From positions 2,848,001 through 2,912,000 of the forward strand of contig AP038806.1 in assembly GCA_047150005.1 (NCBI GenBank): a DNA stretch of 64,000 nt, written 5' to 3'. The stretch's first letter is position 1; the number at the start of each line of letters is the position of its first letter. Below the pieces are notes generated by a model. It was not told the origin of the DNA, made no database searches, and saw nothing but the letters and a program-made list of their open reading frames with translations. The stretch is from Nitrospira sp. (lineage in GTDB: Bacteria; Nitrospirota; Nitrospiria; Nitrospirales; Nitrospiraceae). Shown here one piece after another: positions 52,054 to 61,904 of this stretch. Both the position numbers and the translations under genes were made by a program.

Positions 52054-53499
52054 TTACGTTGAGACTTCGGTCCGAAGTGGTGATGAACGGGAGGACAACG
52101 GAACGCGGACCCGAATTTCGGTCCCTTGCCCGAGGGTTGAGTCGATGGAGAAGGAGCCGTTCAGGAAGCGAATGCGTTCTTGCATCCCGAGCAAGCCCAT
52201 GCTCTGCCCCCTGGTCGCGTCGGCCAAGGCTTTCCGGACCTCGAACCCTCTCCCATTGTCACGGATCGATAAGAGGAGGCCGCCTTCCTCTTGGCGCAAG
52301 GACACGGTCACGGTAGTGGCGTGTGAATGGCGGATGATGTTCGTCACCGCCTCCTGGATGACGCGGAAGCAGGCGATGGCCACGCTTTGCGGCGGCGACA
52401 GACGCTCGTCCACCTGTACGTCCACCTTCCAGCCGGCCCGCTCGGCTTGGCGACTCAGATACCAGCGCACGGCAGGCGCGAGCCCGAGATCATCCAGCAA
52501 GGAGGGGCGCAAGTCGAGCGAGAGATCGCGGACATATTGCAAGGTTTGGTCGATGACGGTCGAGCTGTCCTTCAGGAGCGTCGCGATGTCCGAGGTGTCG
52601 CCGGAGCGCTGGATGGTTTGTAGGTTCATTTTCACGACCGTGAGGGCTTGGCCGATCTCGTCGTGCAGATCGAGCGCCAGGCGGCGCCGCTCGCTCTCCT
52701 GAACTTCCATCAGTTGCTGGGAGAGGGCCTGCATGCGCTCATGGGCTTCGCGAAGGGCCAGTTCCGCGCGCCGGCGATTCAGATACGAGGACAAGCTATC
52801 GGCCAGCGAATTAATGAGGTCGCGCTCCTCGGCGAGAAAGGGACCTTCGGCTTCCGGTGGTCTCGCTTCACGGTAGATGACCTCGATCGTTCCTTCGGCG
52901 CCGTCCAGCGTGACCCACGAGGCGGTCTGCTTCCACGGGGATTCACGAAAGGCGGGCGTGGTGAAGACCATGTTGTCAAAGGTAATGCGGGCGAGGGTGA
53001 TCTCCGGATACTGCCAGGCGGGAGGCAGCAACGCGACGATCTGCTTTAAGACCTCTTCGATCGGTCTGGCGCTGTCTTGCAGGAGGTGCGCCGTTCGATG
53101 CAGCGCGGTCAGTTCCTTCACCCGTTCGCCGAACAGATGGCGAAGCCGTCTTTGTTCTTTGTGATGCAGGGCGTCCGCCGGACCCGATGGAGCGACGTGC
53201 CCGGCTTGAAGCTGTCTGAGCAGGGCGATGCTCCCCCACAACACCGCGATCGCGAGGGCGCGATTACCTACCGCCGGCCAAGCGGGAGAGGGAGAGCCGG
53301 GGTGGAATGCGCCGATCAAAATCAGGGTCGTGATGATCGCGGCAACCAGGGCGGGTACCGGCCGGTTCGGAAGGGAGAAAACCAAGAGGAGCGGAAAGAC
53401 GTAAAGTATCCACCACGCCAAGCCGGGCGGCAGAAAGACATCGAGAAAAAAGATCGTGCCGGTCATTCCGGCCAACACCACAAAGCTTAATCGATCCAT
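52054..53499 (-). CDS. membrane sensor histidine kinase (HisKA_3, GAF-like internal domain)
   Basis: About 3 N-terminal TM segments, ERRRLALDLHDEIGQ, QEAVTNI, DNGRGF, GLLGMQER. Confidence 0.93.
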   Translation of the reverse strand: MDRLSFVVLAGMTGTIFFLDVFLPPGLAWWILYVFPLLLVFSLPNRPVPALVAAIITTLILIGAFHPGSPSPAWPAVGNRALAIAVLWGSIALLRQLQAGHVAPSGPADALHHKEQRRLRHLFGERVKELTALHRTAHLLQDSARPIEEVLKQIVALLPPAWQYPEITLARITFDNMVFTTPAFRESPWKQTASWVTLDGAEGTIEVIYREARPPEAEGPFLAEERDLINSLADSLSSYLNRRRAELALREAHERMQALSQQLMEVQESERRRLALDLHDEIGQALTVVKMNLQTIQRSGDTSDIATLLKDSSTVIDQTLQYVRDLSLDLRPSLLDDLGLAPAVRWYLSRQAERAGWKVDVQVDERLSPPQSVAIACFRVIQEAVTNIIRHSHATTVTVSLRQEEGGLLLSIRDNGRGFEVRKALADATRGQSMGLLGMQERIRFLNGSFSIDSTLGQGTEIRVRVPLSSRSSPLRTEVST

Positions 53500-53643
53500 C
53501 CCCTCACCGCCCGGGCAAGGTCTCTCTCGCCGATCTCAGGAATAGTAGTTTGTCTGAATGAGCTGCTAAAGGCAACGCCTTCGGCGCCGCCTCCGGGTAG
53601 AGAGAAGGCAGAACTGCAGGGTGCGGTCCGAGCCAAAAACCAG

Positions 53644-53673
53644 TTGACAGTTTCAATGCCGGGGTGTTACAAG
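53644..53673 (+). promoter_or_regulatory. sigma70-like promoter of porin-amtB operon
   Basis: TTGACA-N18-TACAAG with TGn extension. Confidence 0.6.
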
Positions 53674-53693
53674 CGCCTCCGACAATCCGAGGT

Positions 53694-53786
53694 GGAGAAA
53701 CAACGGCGTTTCTCTGCCGGTCTGAAAATACGGCGACGCGGACAATGACGTCCTCCGGCCATTGGGGCCCGAGGGCGTTTTTTTTT
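53694..53786 (+). promoter_or_regulatory. ANTAR-type dual-hexaloop leader with overlapping terminator (leader C)
   Basis: P1 GGAGAAAC-AACGGC-GTTTCTCT; P2 GGAC-AATGAC-GTCC; terminator ending GAGGGCG plus T9. Confidence 0.9.
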
Positions 53787-53949
53787 GCCTCCCGGGCAGA
53801 TTCCAGATTACCGGGAGGGATATCACGATTCAGAAGGGAGGGATGCCGAGACCACACAAATGATCCGCGTCCGAACATTCGTTCAGCGGCCTTGGCCGTG
53901 CACGTGTCGTCAAACAGGCCACGGACGGCAACGTGACGGTACATAAGGC

Positions 53950-53981
53950 GCACAATGACGTGCATGACGACGATGGTGTCG
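53950..53981 (+). promoter_or_regulatory. second compact dual-hexaloop motif without terminator
   Basis: GCAC-AATGAC-GTGC atga CGAC-GATGGT-GTCG. Confidence 0.65.
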
Positions 53982-54041
53982 AGAGAACCGCCAATCGACA
54001 GCGCAGCATCATCGACAGGAAGAAAAACGGAGGAGGTTGTC

Positions 54042-55433
54042 ATGCACGTGGGCCACAGAAAGTACCAGTGTGTGTGCCTGCTTGTTTTGTTGATGGGACT
54101 CGTCCTGTTCGGTGGCGAACAGGCTTTCGGTCAAGGATCAGCGCCGGTTTCGGCTTCGGCTGCGAGCACTGCGAGTGTGGAGGAACGGCTGGATTCCCTA
54201 GAGAAGAAAGTGGATGCCCCTTCCCTCTGGAAGACCTTGGGGTTCAAGCTCTCAGGGTTCGTGGATATGGCGTATACGCAGAATTTCAATAATCCCAGCA
54301 CCGATCTCAACCAGGGGCACATCTTCGACACGAATGCGAATGCCTTCATGGTGCACTTGGCGCAGATCATGTTGGAGCGGCCGGCGGATGCAGGCGGGAG
54401 CCTCCTCGATCGAGCCGGATTCCGCGCTAGGCTGAATTTCGGACAGGACGCGCGTGTGACTCGGGCGCGCACGAACTATCAGGTGGGCACCAGCAACGAC
54501 GAAATCGATTTCCAGGAAGTCTATGCCGAGTACATCCTGCCGGTCGGCAATGGACTCAAAGTTCAGTTCGGCAAGATGAACACGCTGATCGGGTATGAGG
54601 TCATCAACAGTTGGGAGAACGTCAATTTTGCCCGCTCCTTCATGTTCGGTACGGGCCAGGCCTTCACGACGACCGGTCTTCGGTTCACCTATACGTTCAA
54701 TCCGATGGTCACGGCGGCGTTCGGCATCACCAATGGATGGGACAACGTCGACGACAATAACCGAGGCAAGACGATCGAGTACCTCGTAGCCCTGACTCCG
54801 CACGAGAAGTTCGGCGTGAGTTGGTACGGCTCCTATGGGCCCGAACAGGCGAACAGGAGCTTCGGGGATACCTTCAGTCCGCCGTTGCCTGGCACCACCA
54901 CGACAACGGGCCCTACGCCGACCGGCGGCGCGGCGGGGGATCCCTCTGCCAAACGCTTTGCCAACGGGCTCATCATTACGATGAAGCCCACCGCCAAGGA
55001 CACGGTGGTGCTGGAGCCCTACTACGTCAATGAAGCCAACAACCCGGCCCGGGCGGTGAATCCCGCCCTCCCGGCCAATGCGCGGTGGAACGGGTTGGCT
55101 GGCTATCTGATTCACGATTTCGACGACCAGTGGAGTTTCCGTCTCCGCGGCGAGATTTTCGAAGACCAGAGCGGCACTCGGTTGTGTAGTGGCACCCTGA
55201 ACACTGGGGGCGGCACCAACACGTGCGCCGGCGCGACCAACACCACGCCGGCCCCGCCGGACAGCCGAACGGTCTGGGAATTCACGCCGACGATCCAATT
55301 CAAACCGGTGCCCTCGCTCATCACGCGCCTGGAGTTCCGGTATGACAAGTCGGACAAGAACATCTTCCTCCAAGGCACCAAACCGGTGAATAACCAGGAG
55401 ACGCTCTCGTTCGAGGTCATGTACCTGTTCTGA
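54042..55433 (+). CDS. outer-membrane beta-barrel porin (BBP2/DUF1597-like) upstream of amtB
   Basis: GGAGG RBS, signal peptide, YTQNFNNP, IGYEV, RLEFRYDKS, C-terminal YLF. Confidence 0.82.
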   Translation: MHVGHRKYQCVCLLVLLMGLVLFGGEQAFGQGSAPVSASAASTASVEERLDSLEKKVDAPSLWKTLGFKLSGFVDMAYTQNFNNPSTDLNQGHIFDTNANAFMVHLAQIMLERPADAGGSLLDRAGFRARLNFGQDARVTRARTNYQVGTSNDEIDFQEVYAEYILPVGNGLKVQFGKMNTLIGYEVINSWENVNFARSFMFGTGQAFTTTGLRFTYTFNPMVTAAFGITNGWDNVDDNNRGKTIEYLVALTPHEKFGVSWYGSYGPEQANRSFGDTFSPPLPGTTTTTGPTPTGGAAGDPSAKRFANGLIITMKPTAKDTVVLEPYYVNEANNPARAVNPALPANARWNGLAGYLIHDFDDQWSFRLRGEIFEDQSGTRLCSGTLNTGGGTNTCAGATNTTPAPPDSRTVWEFTPTIQFKPVPSLITRLEFRYDKSDKNIFLQGTKPVNNQETLSFEVMYLF

Positions 55434-55458
55434 TGAACGGCAAATTAAGGAGGAGTCT

Positions 55459-56871
55459 ATGAGAGTAACGGGACAGGTGATTATCACAATGTTCATGGTT
55501 GCCGCTCTTGGTATCCTGACGCCGGTGTCCAGCTGTTGGGCCCAAGAGTCACCGGCTCAGAGCCAATTCCCGTCGGCAGTGACACCAACGCCCTCTGAGG
55601 CGCCTGCGGTCCCGCCTGCAGCTTCGGGCCCGACGCAGGCACCCCCCAAAATTGATACGGGAGATACGGCCTGGGTGCTGACCTCTTCGGCCCTCGTGTT
55701 GGCCATGACGGCGCCGGGGTTGGCCATTTTTTATGGTGGAATGGTGCGGAGGAAAAACGTCCTGAACATCATTCTCCAGTCGTTCATCATTCTGTGTGTG
55801 ATCAGCGTCCAATGGGTTCTGTGGGGATACAGTCTCGCCTTCGGCCCGGACAAGGGACACCTGATCGGCGGTCTCGAGTGGCTGGGCTTGAACGGTGTGG
55901 GGCTGGAGCCCAATGCCGACTACGCCGCGACGATTCCGCACCAGGCCTTCATGGTCTTCCAGTTGATGTTTGCCGTGATTACGCCGGCGTTGATCACCGG
56001 AGCCAGCGCGGAGCGAATGAAGTTCAGCTCTTTTCTGGTATTCGTCCTGCTGTGGGCCACCTTCATCTACGATCCCCTCGCGCACTGGGTGTGGGCCGTC
56101 GGAGGTTGGCTGAGAAATTTCGGTGCGCTGGATTTTGCGGGGGGCACAGTGGTGCATATCAGTTCAGGATTCGCCGGGTTGGCCTGCGCGCTGGTCTTGG
56201 GAAAGCGGCATGGTCTTAACACCGAACCCATGCCCCCGCATAATCTCCCCCTCACGATCATCGGCGCCTCGCTGCTTTGGTTCGGATGGTTCGGATTCAA
56301 TGCGGGAAGCGCAGTGGCTTCCGGGGCGCTCGCCACGAGCGCGTTTGTCGTCACCAACACCGCCACGGCTGCCGCGGCGTTGGCTTGGATGATGTCGGAG
56401 TGGATCCATCGCGGAGTCCCAACTGCGTTGGGCGCTGCCAGCGGAGCCGTCGCCGGACTGGTCGCCATTACTCCGGCGTCCGGATTTGTCGGGCCGCTCC
56501 CCTCGATCCTCATCGGGCTCGGCGCCGGCGTCCTCTGTTATATGGCCGTAGTGCTAAAAGGGAGACTCGGCTATGACGACGCGCTAGATGCGTTTGGGAT
56601 TCATGGCGTGGGAGGCTCGTGGGGAGCCATCGCCACCGGGTTGTTCGCCTCCAAAGCAATCAATCCGGCCGGGGCTGACGGACTCTTTTTCGGGAATCCT
56701 GGTCAACTGATCATCCAGTTTGAAGCCGTCGTGGTCACTTGGATATTCGCGTTTGGAGGAACCTATATTATGCTCAAAATAATCGACGCAGTCATGGGGC
56801 TCAGAGTATCAAAGGAGCACGAGGTCAACGGGCTGGACCTCACTCAACACAATGAGGCGGCCTATTCTTGA
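55459..56871 (+). CDS. amtB: ammonium transporter Amt
   Basis: FQLMFA, DFAGGTVVH, LLWFGWFGFNAGS, AITP, YDDALDAFGIHG. Confidence 0.97.
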   Translation: MRVTGQVIITMFMVAALGILTPVSSCWAQESPAQSQFPSAVTPTPSEAPAVPPAASGPTQAPPKIDTGDTAWVLTSSALVLAMTAPGLAIFYGGMVRRKNVLNIILQSFIILCVISVQWVLWGYSLAFGPDKGHLIGGLEWLGLNGVGLEPNADYAATIPHQAFMVFQLMFAVITPALITGASAERMKFSSFLVFVLLWATFIYDPLAHWVWAVGGWLRNFGALDFAGGTVVHISSGFAGLACALVLGKRHGLNTEPMPPHNLPLTIIGASLLWFGWFGFNAGSAVASGALATSAFVVTNTATAAAALAWMMSEWIHRGVPTALGAASGAVAGLVAITPASGFVGPLPSILIGLGAGVLCYMAVVLKGRLGYDDALDAFGIHGVGGSWGAIATGLFASKAINPAGADGLFFGNPGQLIIQFEAVVVTWIFAFGGTYIMLKIIDAVMGLRVSKEHEVNGLDLTQHNEAAYS

Positions 56872-56880
56872 TCACTCCCC

Positions 56881-56961
56881 GGCATGAGCTGCGCCCCGGC
56901 AATTGTCTCGAAAGGGCGGATCGGCTATGATGACGCCTTTCATGTCCTGGGCATTCGTGGG
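56881..56961 (+). pseudogene. degenerate fragment of a second amt gene
   Basis: Translates GMSCAPAIVSKGRIGYDDAFHVLGIRG, ungapped match to AmtB GVLCYMAVVLKGRLGYDDALDAFGIHG (56527-56607). Confidence 0.75.
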
Positions 56962-57037
56962 TGGGATCGCGGCTGGCCAGGGAAGATGAAAATGGACTCA
57001 AACGGGTTGCACTGAGCTATATGCTCCACGCGATTAG

Positions 57038-57402
<365 letters not shown>

Positions 57403-57403
<1 letters not shown>

Positions 57404-60090
57404 TGTCGCCCGTGGAACGCGACGTATCGGCGATGCCCGTCCCGGAAACAGAAACGCCCGGCCTCGGTGCGTTGCTGGAGGAGCATCGTCGAACGATTGC
57501 GCAGCGGGTGATGGGCGGAGCGTCCGGAGGGGAAACGCTCGCCGCGATGACGGAGTTTGTCGACGGCCTGGTCGTCGGGCACTATCGCGACGCGGTGCGC
57601 CGGGGCGGCGACGAGTTGGCGGACGTCGGGTTCCGGCAATGCTGTGTGGTGGCCCTGGGGGGCTATGGCCGACGCGAACTGGCTCCCTACTCGGACATCG
57701 ACCTCATGGTTCTATTTCAGCCGGGGTCGGACAAGGGGATCGAGTCGCTGGTCCGGGCCGTCCTGCATCCGTTGTGGGACTGCGGGTTCCAAGTCGGGCA
57801 GAGCGTGCGAACCATCTCCGACAGCATCCAATTGGCCGAGACGGATACCACCGTCAAGACCTCGATGATGGAAGCGCGCTTTTTGGCCGGCAGTTCCGAG
57901 CTCTTCCAAGACTTTCATCGCCGATACCTGCGCAAAGTCGTCACCAAAAATGCCGACGCGTTCCTCGATCAGAAACTCGAGGAGCGCCGGCGCGAGTACG
58001 AAAGATTCGGCGAGACCGTCTATTTGCTCGAACCGAACGTCAAGAAGAGCAAGGGAGGATTGCGGGACCTGCATCTGCTCCAGTGGGCGGGTATGGTGCG
58101 GTACCAGGCCCCCACGATTCGAGAGTTGTCCGACCGAGGCATTCTGTCGCGGAGCGATACGCTGGCGCTGAGCGAAGCGCGGGATTTTCTCTGGCGGGTG
58201 CGGTCGTTACTCCATGTGCATGCCGGGACGGCACAGGAGATTCTGACATTCGACGAGCAGGTCTGGCTGGCGCAACTTTTCGGCTTCACCGATCGGCCGC
58301 ACTTGCTGGCGGTCGAACAGTTCATGCAGCAATACTACAAACACACCATGGGGCTGCACGAGCGCTGCATGCGGTTTGTGGAGCGTTGTCGGACTGTGCC
58401 GTTCTGGCGCCGAGTCGCGCAATTCCTGCCGGCTCCGCGGGTGGACGAGTATTTCGTCATCCGAAGCGGGGTCTTGACGGTCGCCGACGAGCACCGAGCG
58501 AAGGTCCTCGAAAGCCCGGAGGTCCTGCTCCGGCTCTTCGATTTGGCGCGAGAGCGGCATCTGATCATCGCGCCGCCGTTGCTGGAAGATATTCACCGGC
58601 ACGTCGATCATGTGTCGGAGGACGCCTACCGCGCGCCGGAGGTCAGCCGCATCTTTCTGCGGATCATGGCCGGTCCGAGGACCACGCCCACGCTGGACGC
58701 GATGCACCGAGCCCACTTACTGGAAAAACTGGTGCCGGCCATGGGAACGGTCCGTGGCCTGATGCAATTCAATCAGTACCACAAGTACACCGTCGATGAG
58801 CACAGTCTGCTGGCCGTGGGGCGGGCCGAAGCCCTGTCGCTGGATCCCGGATTGCTTGGGGAGATCTATCGCAGCATCAAACGGAAAGATATTCTGCACC
58901 TTGCCGTGCTCATGCACGATCTCGGAAAGGGCCAGGAGCAGGATCACAGCGATGTCGGCCGGATACTTGCGGAGGAAGTCGGCGCTCGTCTCGGGTTGGA
59001 CGAACAAGACTTGCGAACGCTGTCGTTCCTCGTCCACCGGCATCTTGTGATGGCGCATACCGCCTTTCGCCGGGATCCGGGAGATGAAAAGGTCGTGTTG
59101 CCGTTCGCTCGGGAAGTCGGCACCCCGGAGGTGTTGAAGAAATTGGTCGCGCTCACCGCTGCGGATATCGCCGCGGTCGGCCCCGGGGTGCTGACCAAGT
59201 GGAAAGAGTCGCTCCTGATCGAGTTGTACGGGAGAACGATGCCGGAACTGTCGGGCGATCGGGAAACTCTCTGCGCTCCGGAGCGATTCGCGCAAGTGGC
59301 GGAGGAAGTCAGGCGCCATCCGACGCTCGCGGGCCTGGAGGACATCGACCAAGCCTGGGTCGAGACGCAACTGAATCTGTTTCCGGAGCGGTATGTGAAC
59401 GGCGCGACGACGGCCCGCATCGCGGCGCACCTCTCGGCTGTTCGCCGGCTTCGCCCGGGAGAAGTCGCCGTCGAGTCTGATTTCAACCATGAGCTGGGGA
59501 CCTGCGAATACACGGTGGTCGCGCACAATGATCTGACCCCGGGAATCTTCTCGAAAATCGCGGGTGTCATGGCGGGCAGCGGATTGCAAATTCTGGACGC
59601 GCAAATTCTCACCAGAGAGGACAGCGTCGTCGTCGACACCTTCCAGGTGACGGATCCGGATTATCACGGGGAGCCGCCGGCGGAACGCCGGCACGCGGTG
59701 GGAGAGCGCATCGCCGCGGTCTTGAAGGGATGGGAGCATGTCGACGATGTCTTGAGGCGCGGCGCCCGCTTGAAACTGACGCGCCCTCTGCCGAAGGCGC
59801 GTGAGGCCACCGAGGTGCGGCTCGACAACGAAACGTCGGACCGCTGCACGATCATCGATGTCTTCGCCGATGATCGGCAGGGCTTGTTGCACGTGATCAC
59901 CAACGCCATCTTCCAGCTCGGGTTGTCGATCCATGCGGCCCGCATCTCCACCAGGCTGGATCAGGTCGCGGACGTGTTCTATGTGACGGATCTCTCGGGA
60001 GGAAAATTGTTCGATCCGGCTCAACTGGAGCGGGTGCGGGCCGGCGTCGAACAAGCCATCGAAAAGTTTCTCGCCGTGAAGGCGGCATAG
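57403..60090 (+). CDS. glnD: PII uridylyltransferase / uridylyl-removing enzyme
   Basis: ALGGYGRRELAPYSDIDL, EPNVK...GGLRDL, YHKYTVDEH, HDLGKG, two ACT domains. Confidence 0.96.
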
Positions 60091-60135
60091 CGGGGGGCGT
60101 TGGGCAATGTCAGGGCTGTCTGAAAGGAGGAGGGA

Positions 60136-61545
60136 ATGAACGTTCGCGAGGTGTTGGAATTTGCCAAGAAGAACAAGGTCCAGGTCGTGGATCTGAAATT
60201 CATCGATTTGGTGGGGACGTGGCAGCATTTCACGATTCCGACCAGCGAGTTGACCGAGGACCTGTTCAAGGACGGGTCCGGTCTGGACGGCTCATCCATC
60301 CGCGGGTGGAAGGCCATCAACAACAGTGACATGCTGGTCGTGCCTGATCCCGCGACCGCCTGCATGGACCCGTTCACCGCGGTGCCGACCTTGAGCCTGA
60401 CAGGAAACATCATCGATCCGATCTCCCGCGAGAACTACGATCGCGACCCTCGCTTCATCGCCCAGAAAGCCGAAAGGTATCTTCAGAGCACGAAGATCGG
60501 CGACATTTCCTTCTGGGGACCGGAAGCGGAATTTTTCATCTTTGACCAGGCGAGGTACGATCAAACGAGCCACAGCGGCTATTACCACATCGACTCCGAA
60601 GAGGGCGTGTGGAACATGGGCCAGGAGGGGGTCAACCTGGGCGGCAAGATCCGCCACAAGGAAGGCTACTTCCCGGTGCCTCCGACCGACACGCAGCAGG
60701 ACATCCGTAGCGAGATGATCCTCGAAATGGAGAAGGTCGGCATTGCGGTGGAGAAACATCATCATGAGGTCGCGACGGCCGGCCAGGCCGAAATCGACGT
60801 GCGGTTCGATTCCCTGCTCAAGATGGCCGACAAGATGATGATGTACAAGTACATCGTCAAGAACGTGGCGCGTCGGCACGGCAAGACAGTGACCTTCATG
60901 CCCAAGCCGATTTTCGGAGACAACGGCTCCGGTATGCACACCCATCAGAGCATTTGGAAAGACGGCAAGCCGCTCTTTGCCGGAAAGGACTATGCCGGAG
61001 TCTCCCAAACCTGTCTCTACTACATCGGCGGCATTTTGAAGCACGCGCCGGCTCTGGCGGCGATCACGAACCCGACGACGAATTCTTATAAACGCCTGAC
61101 GCCTGGATTCGAAGCGCCGGTGCTTCTGGCCTATTCGAGCCGGAACCGGTCGGCTGGCATCCGCATCCCGATGTATTCACCGAGCCCCAAAGCCAAACGG
61201 ATCGAAGTGCGGTTCCCGGATCCGGGATGCAACCCGTACCTGGCATTCTCGGCCATGCTCATGGCGGGGATCGACGGCATCGAAAACAAGATCAATCCTG
61301 GCGAACCGGCGGAGAAGGACCTCTACGACTTGGAGGCGAAGGAAGCGGCAAAGATCCGAACCATGCCGGGCAGCCTGGACGAAGCGCTGAGCAACCTGGA
61401 AAAGGATCATAAGTTCCTGCTGAAGGGCGGGGTGTTCAGCGAAGATCTCGTCGAAGCATGGATCAGCTACAAGCGGACGAAGGAAGTCGATCCGATGCGG
61501 CTGCGGCCGCACCCGTATGAATTCTTCCTCTACTACGATGTCTAG
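60136..61545 (+). CDS. glnA: glutamine synthetase type I
   Basis: [39 protein letters not shown]. Confidence 0.98.
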   Translation: MNVREVLEFAKKNKVQVVDLKFIDLVGTWQHFTIPTSELTEDLFKDGSGLDGSSIRGWKAINNSDMLVVPDPATACMDPFTAVPTLSLTGNIIDPISRENYDRDPRFIAQKAERYLQSTKIGDISFWGPEAEFFIFDQARYDQTSHSGYYHIDSEEGVWNMGQEGVNLGGKIRHKEGYFPVPPTDTQQDIRSEMILEMEKVGIAVEKHHHEVATAGQAEIDVRFDSLLKMADKMMMYKYIVKNVARRHGKTVTFMPKPIFGDNGSGMHTHQSIWKDGKPLFAGKDYAGVSQTCLYYIGGILKHAPALAAITNPTTNSYKRLTPGFEAPVLLAYSSRNRSAGIRIPMYSPSPKAKRIEVRFPDPGCNPYLAFSAMLMAGIDGIENKINPGEPAEKDLYDLEAKEAAKIRTMPGSLDEALSNLEKDHKFLLKGGVFSEDLVEAWISYKRTKEVDPMRLRPHPYEFFLYYDV

Positions 61546-61597
61546 CAAGTCATGGCTTGAGGGACCGGGGGAAGGGCGCTGTTTTCACCAGCCTGGG

Positions 61598-61627
61598 TTG
61601 ACGAAATCGGAAGAGCCGTGCTATAAG
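61598..61627 (+). promoter_or_regulatory. sigma70-like promoter of cyanate/nitrate-type ABC operon
   Basis: TTGACG-N18-TATAAG with TGn extension. Confidence 0.65.
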
Positions 61628-61643
61628 GACGCTGACATTTCAA

Positions 61644-61737
61644 TCAGGCAACGGCGCCTGAGCGAGGCTTCGTAGATCAGCACACGGACAAGGGCGTCCG
61701 TCATTCTCAGAATGAATGACGGACGCCTTTTGGTTTT
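61644..61737 (+). promoter_or_regulatory. ANTAR-type dual-hexaloop attenuator, first unit of leader E
   Basis: P1 TCAGGC-AACGGC-GCCTGA; P2 ACGGAC-AAGGGC-GTCCGT; terminator GGCGTCCGTCATTC..GAATGACGGACGCC-TTTTGGTTTT. Confidence 0.9.
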
Positions 61738-61812
61738 CAGAGGCCGGCCAATCGCGCAGCGGCCTCGGCATGAGATATAGGTCGGGCGGATCGCTGGAGA
61801 CCCGCGATGAGT

Positions 61813-61856
61813 GGACAAGGGCGTCCTTCTCTCAACAGAGGGAGGGGCGCTTTTTT
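61813..61856 (+). promoter_or_regulatory. second hexaloop/terminator unit of leader E (P1 degenerate or absent)
   Basis: GGAC-AAGGGC-GTCC overlapping GCGTCCTTCTCTC-aaca-GAGGGAGGGGCGC-T6. Confidence 0.8.
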
Positions 61857-61904
61857 GTTTGTGGTCAACGCGGGCATGAGCTGACGGGCGGAAAGGAGCG
61901 CAGC

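Noticed and set aside
53504..54043. 179-aa minus-strand ORF across the amt leader
   Set aside because: It overlaps the promoter, attenuator and T-tract, and has no protein-like features.
61561..61585. GGGACCGGGGGAAGGGCGCTGTTTT after glnA resembling the 3' arm of the leader terminators
   Set aside because: No matching 5' arm or hexaloop; cannot be distinguished from chance.
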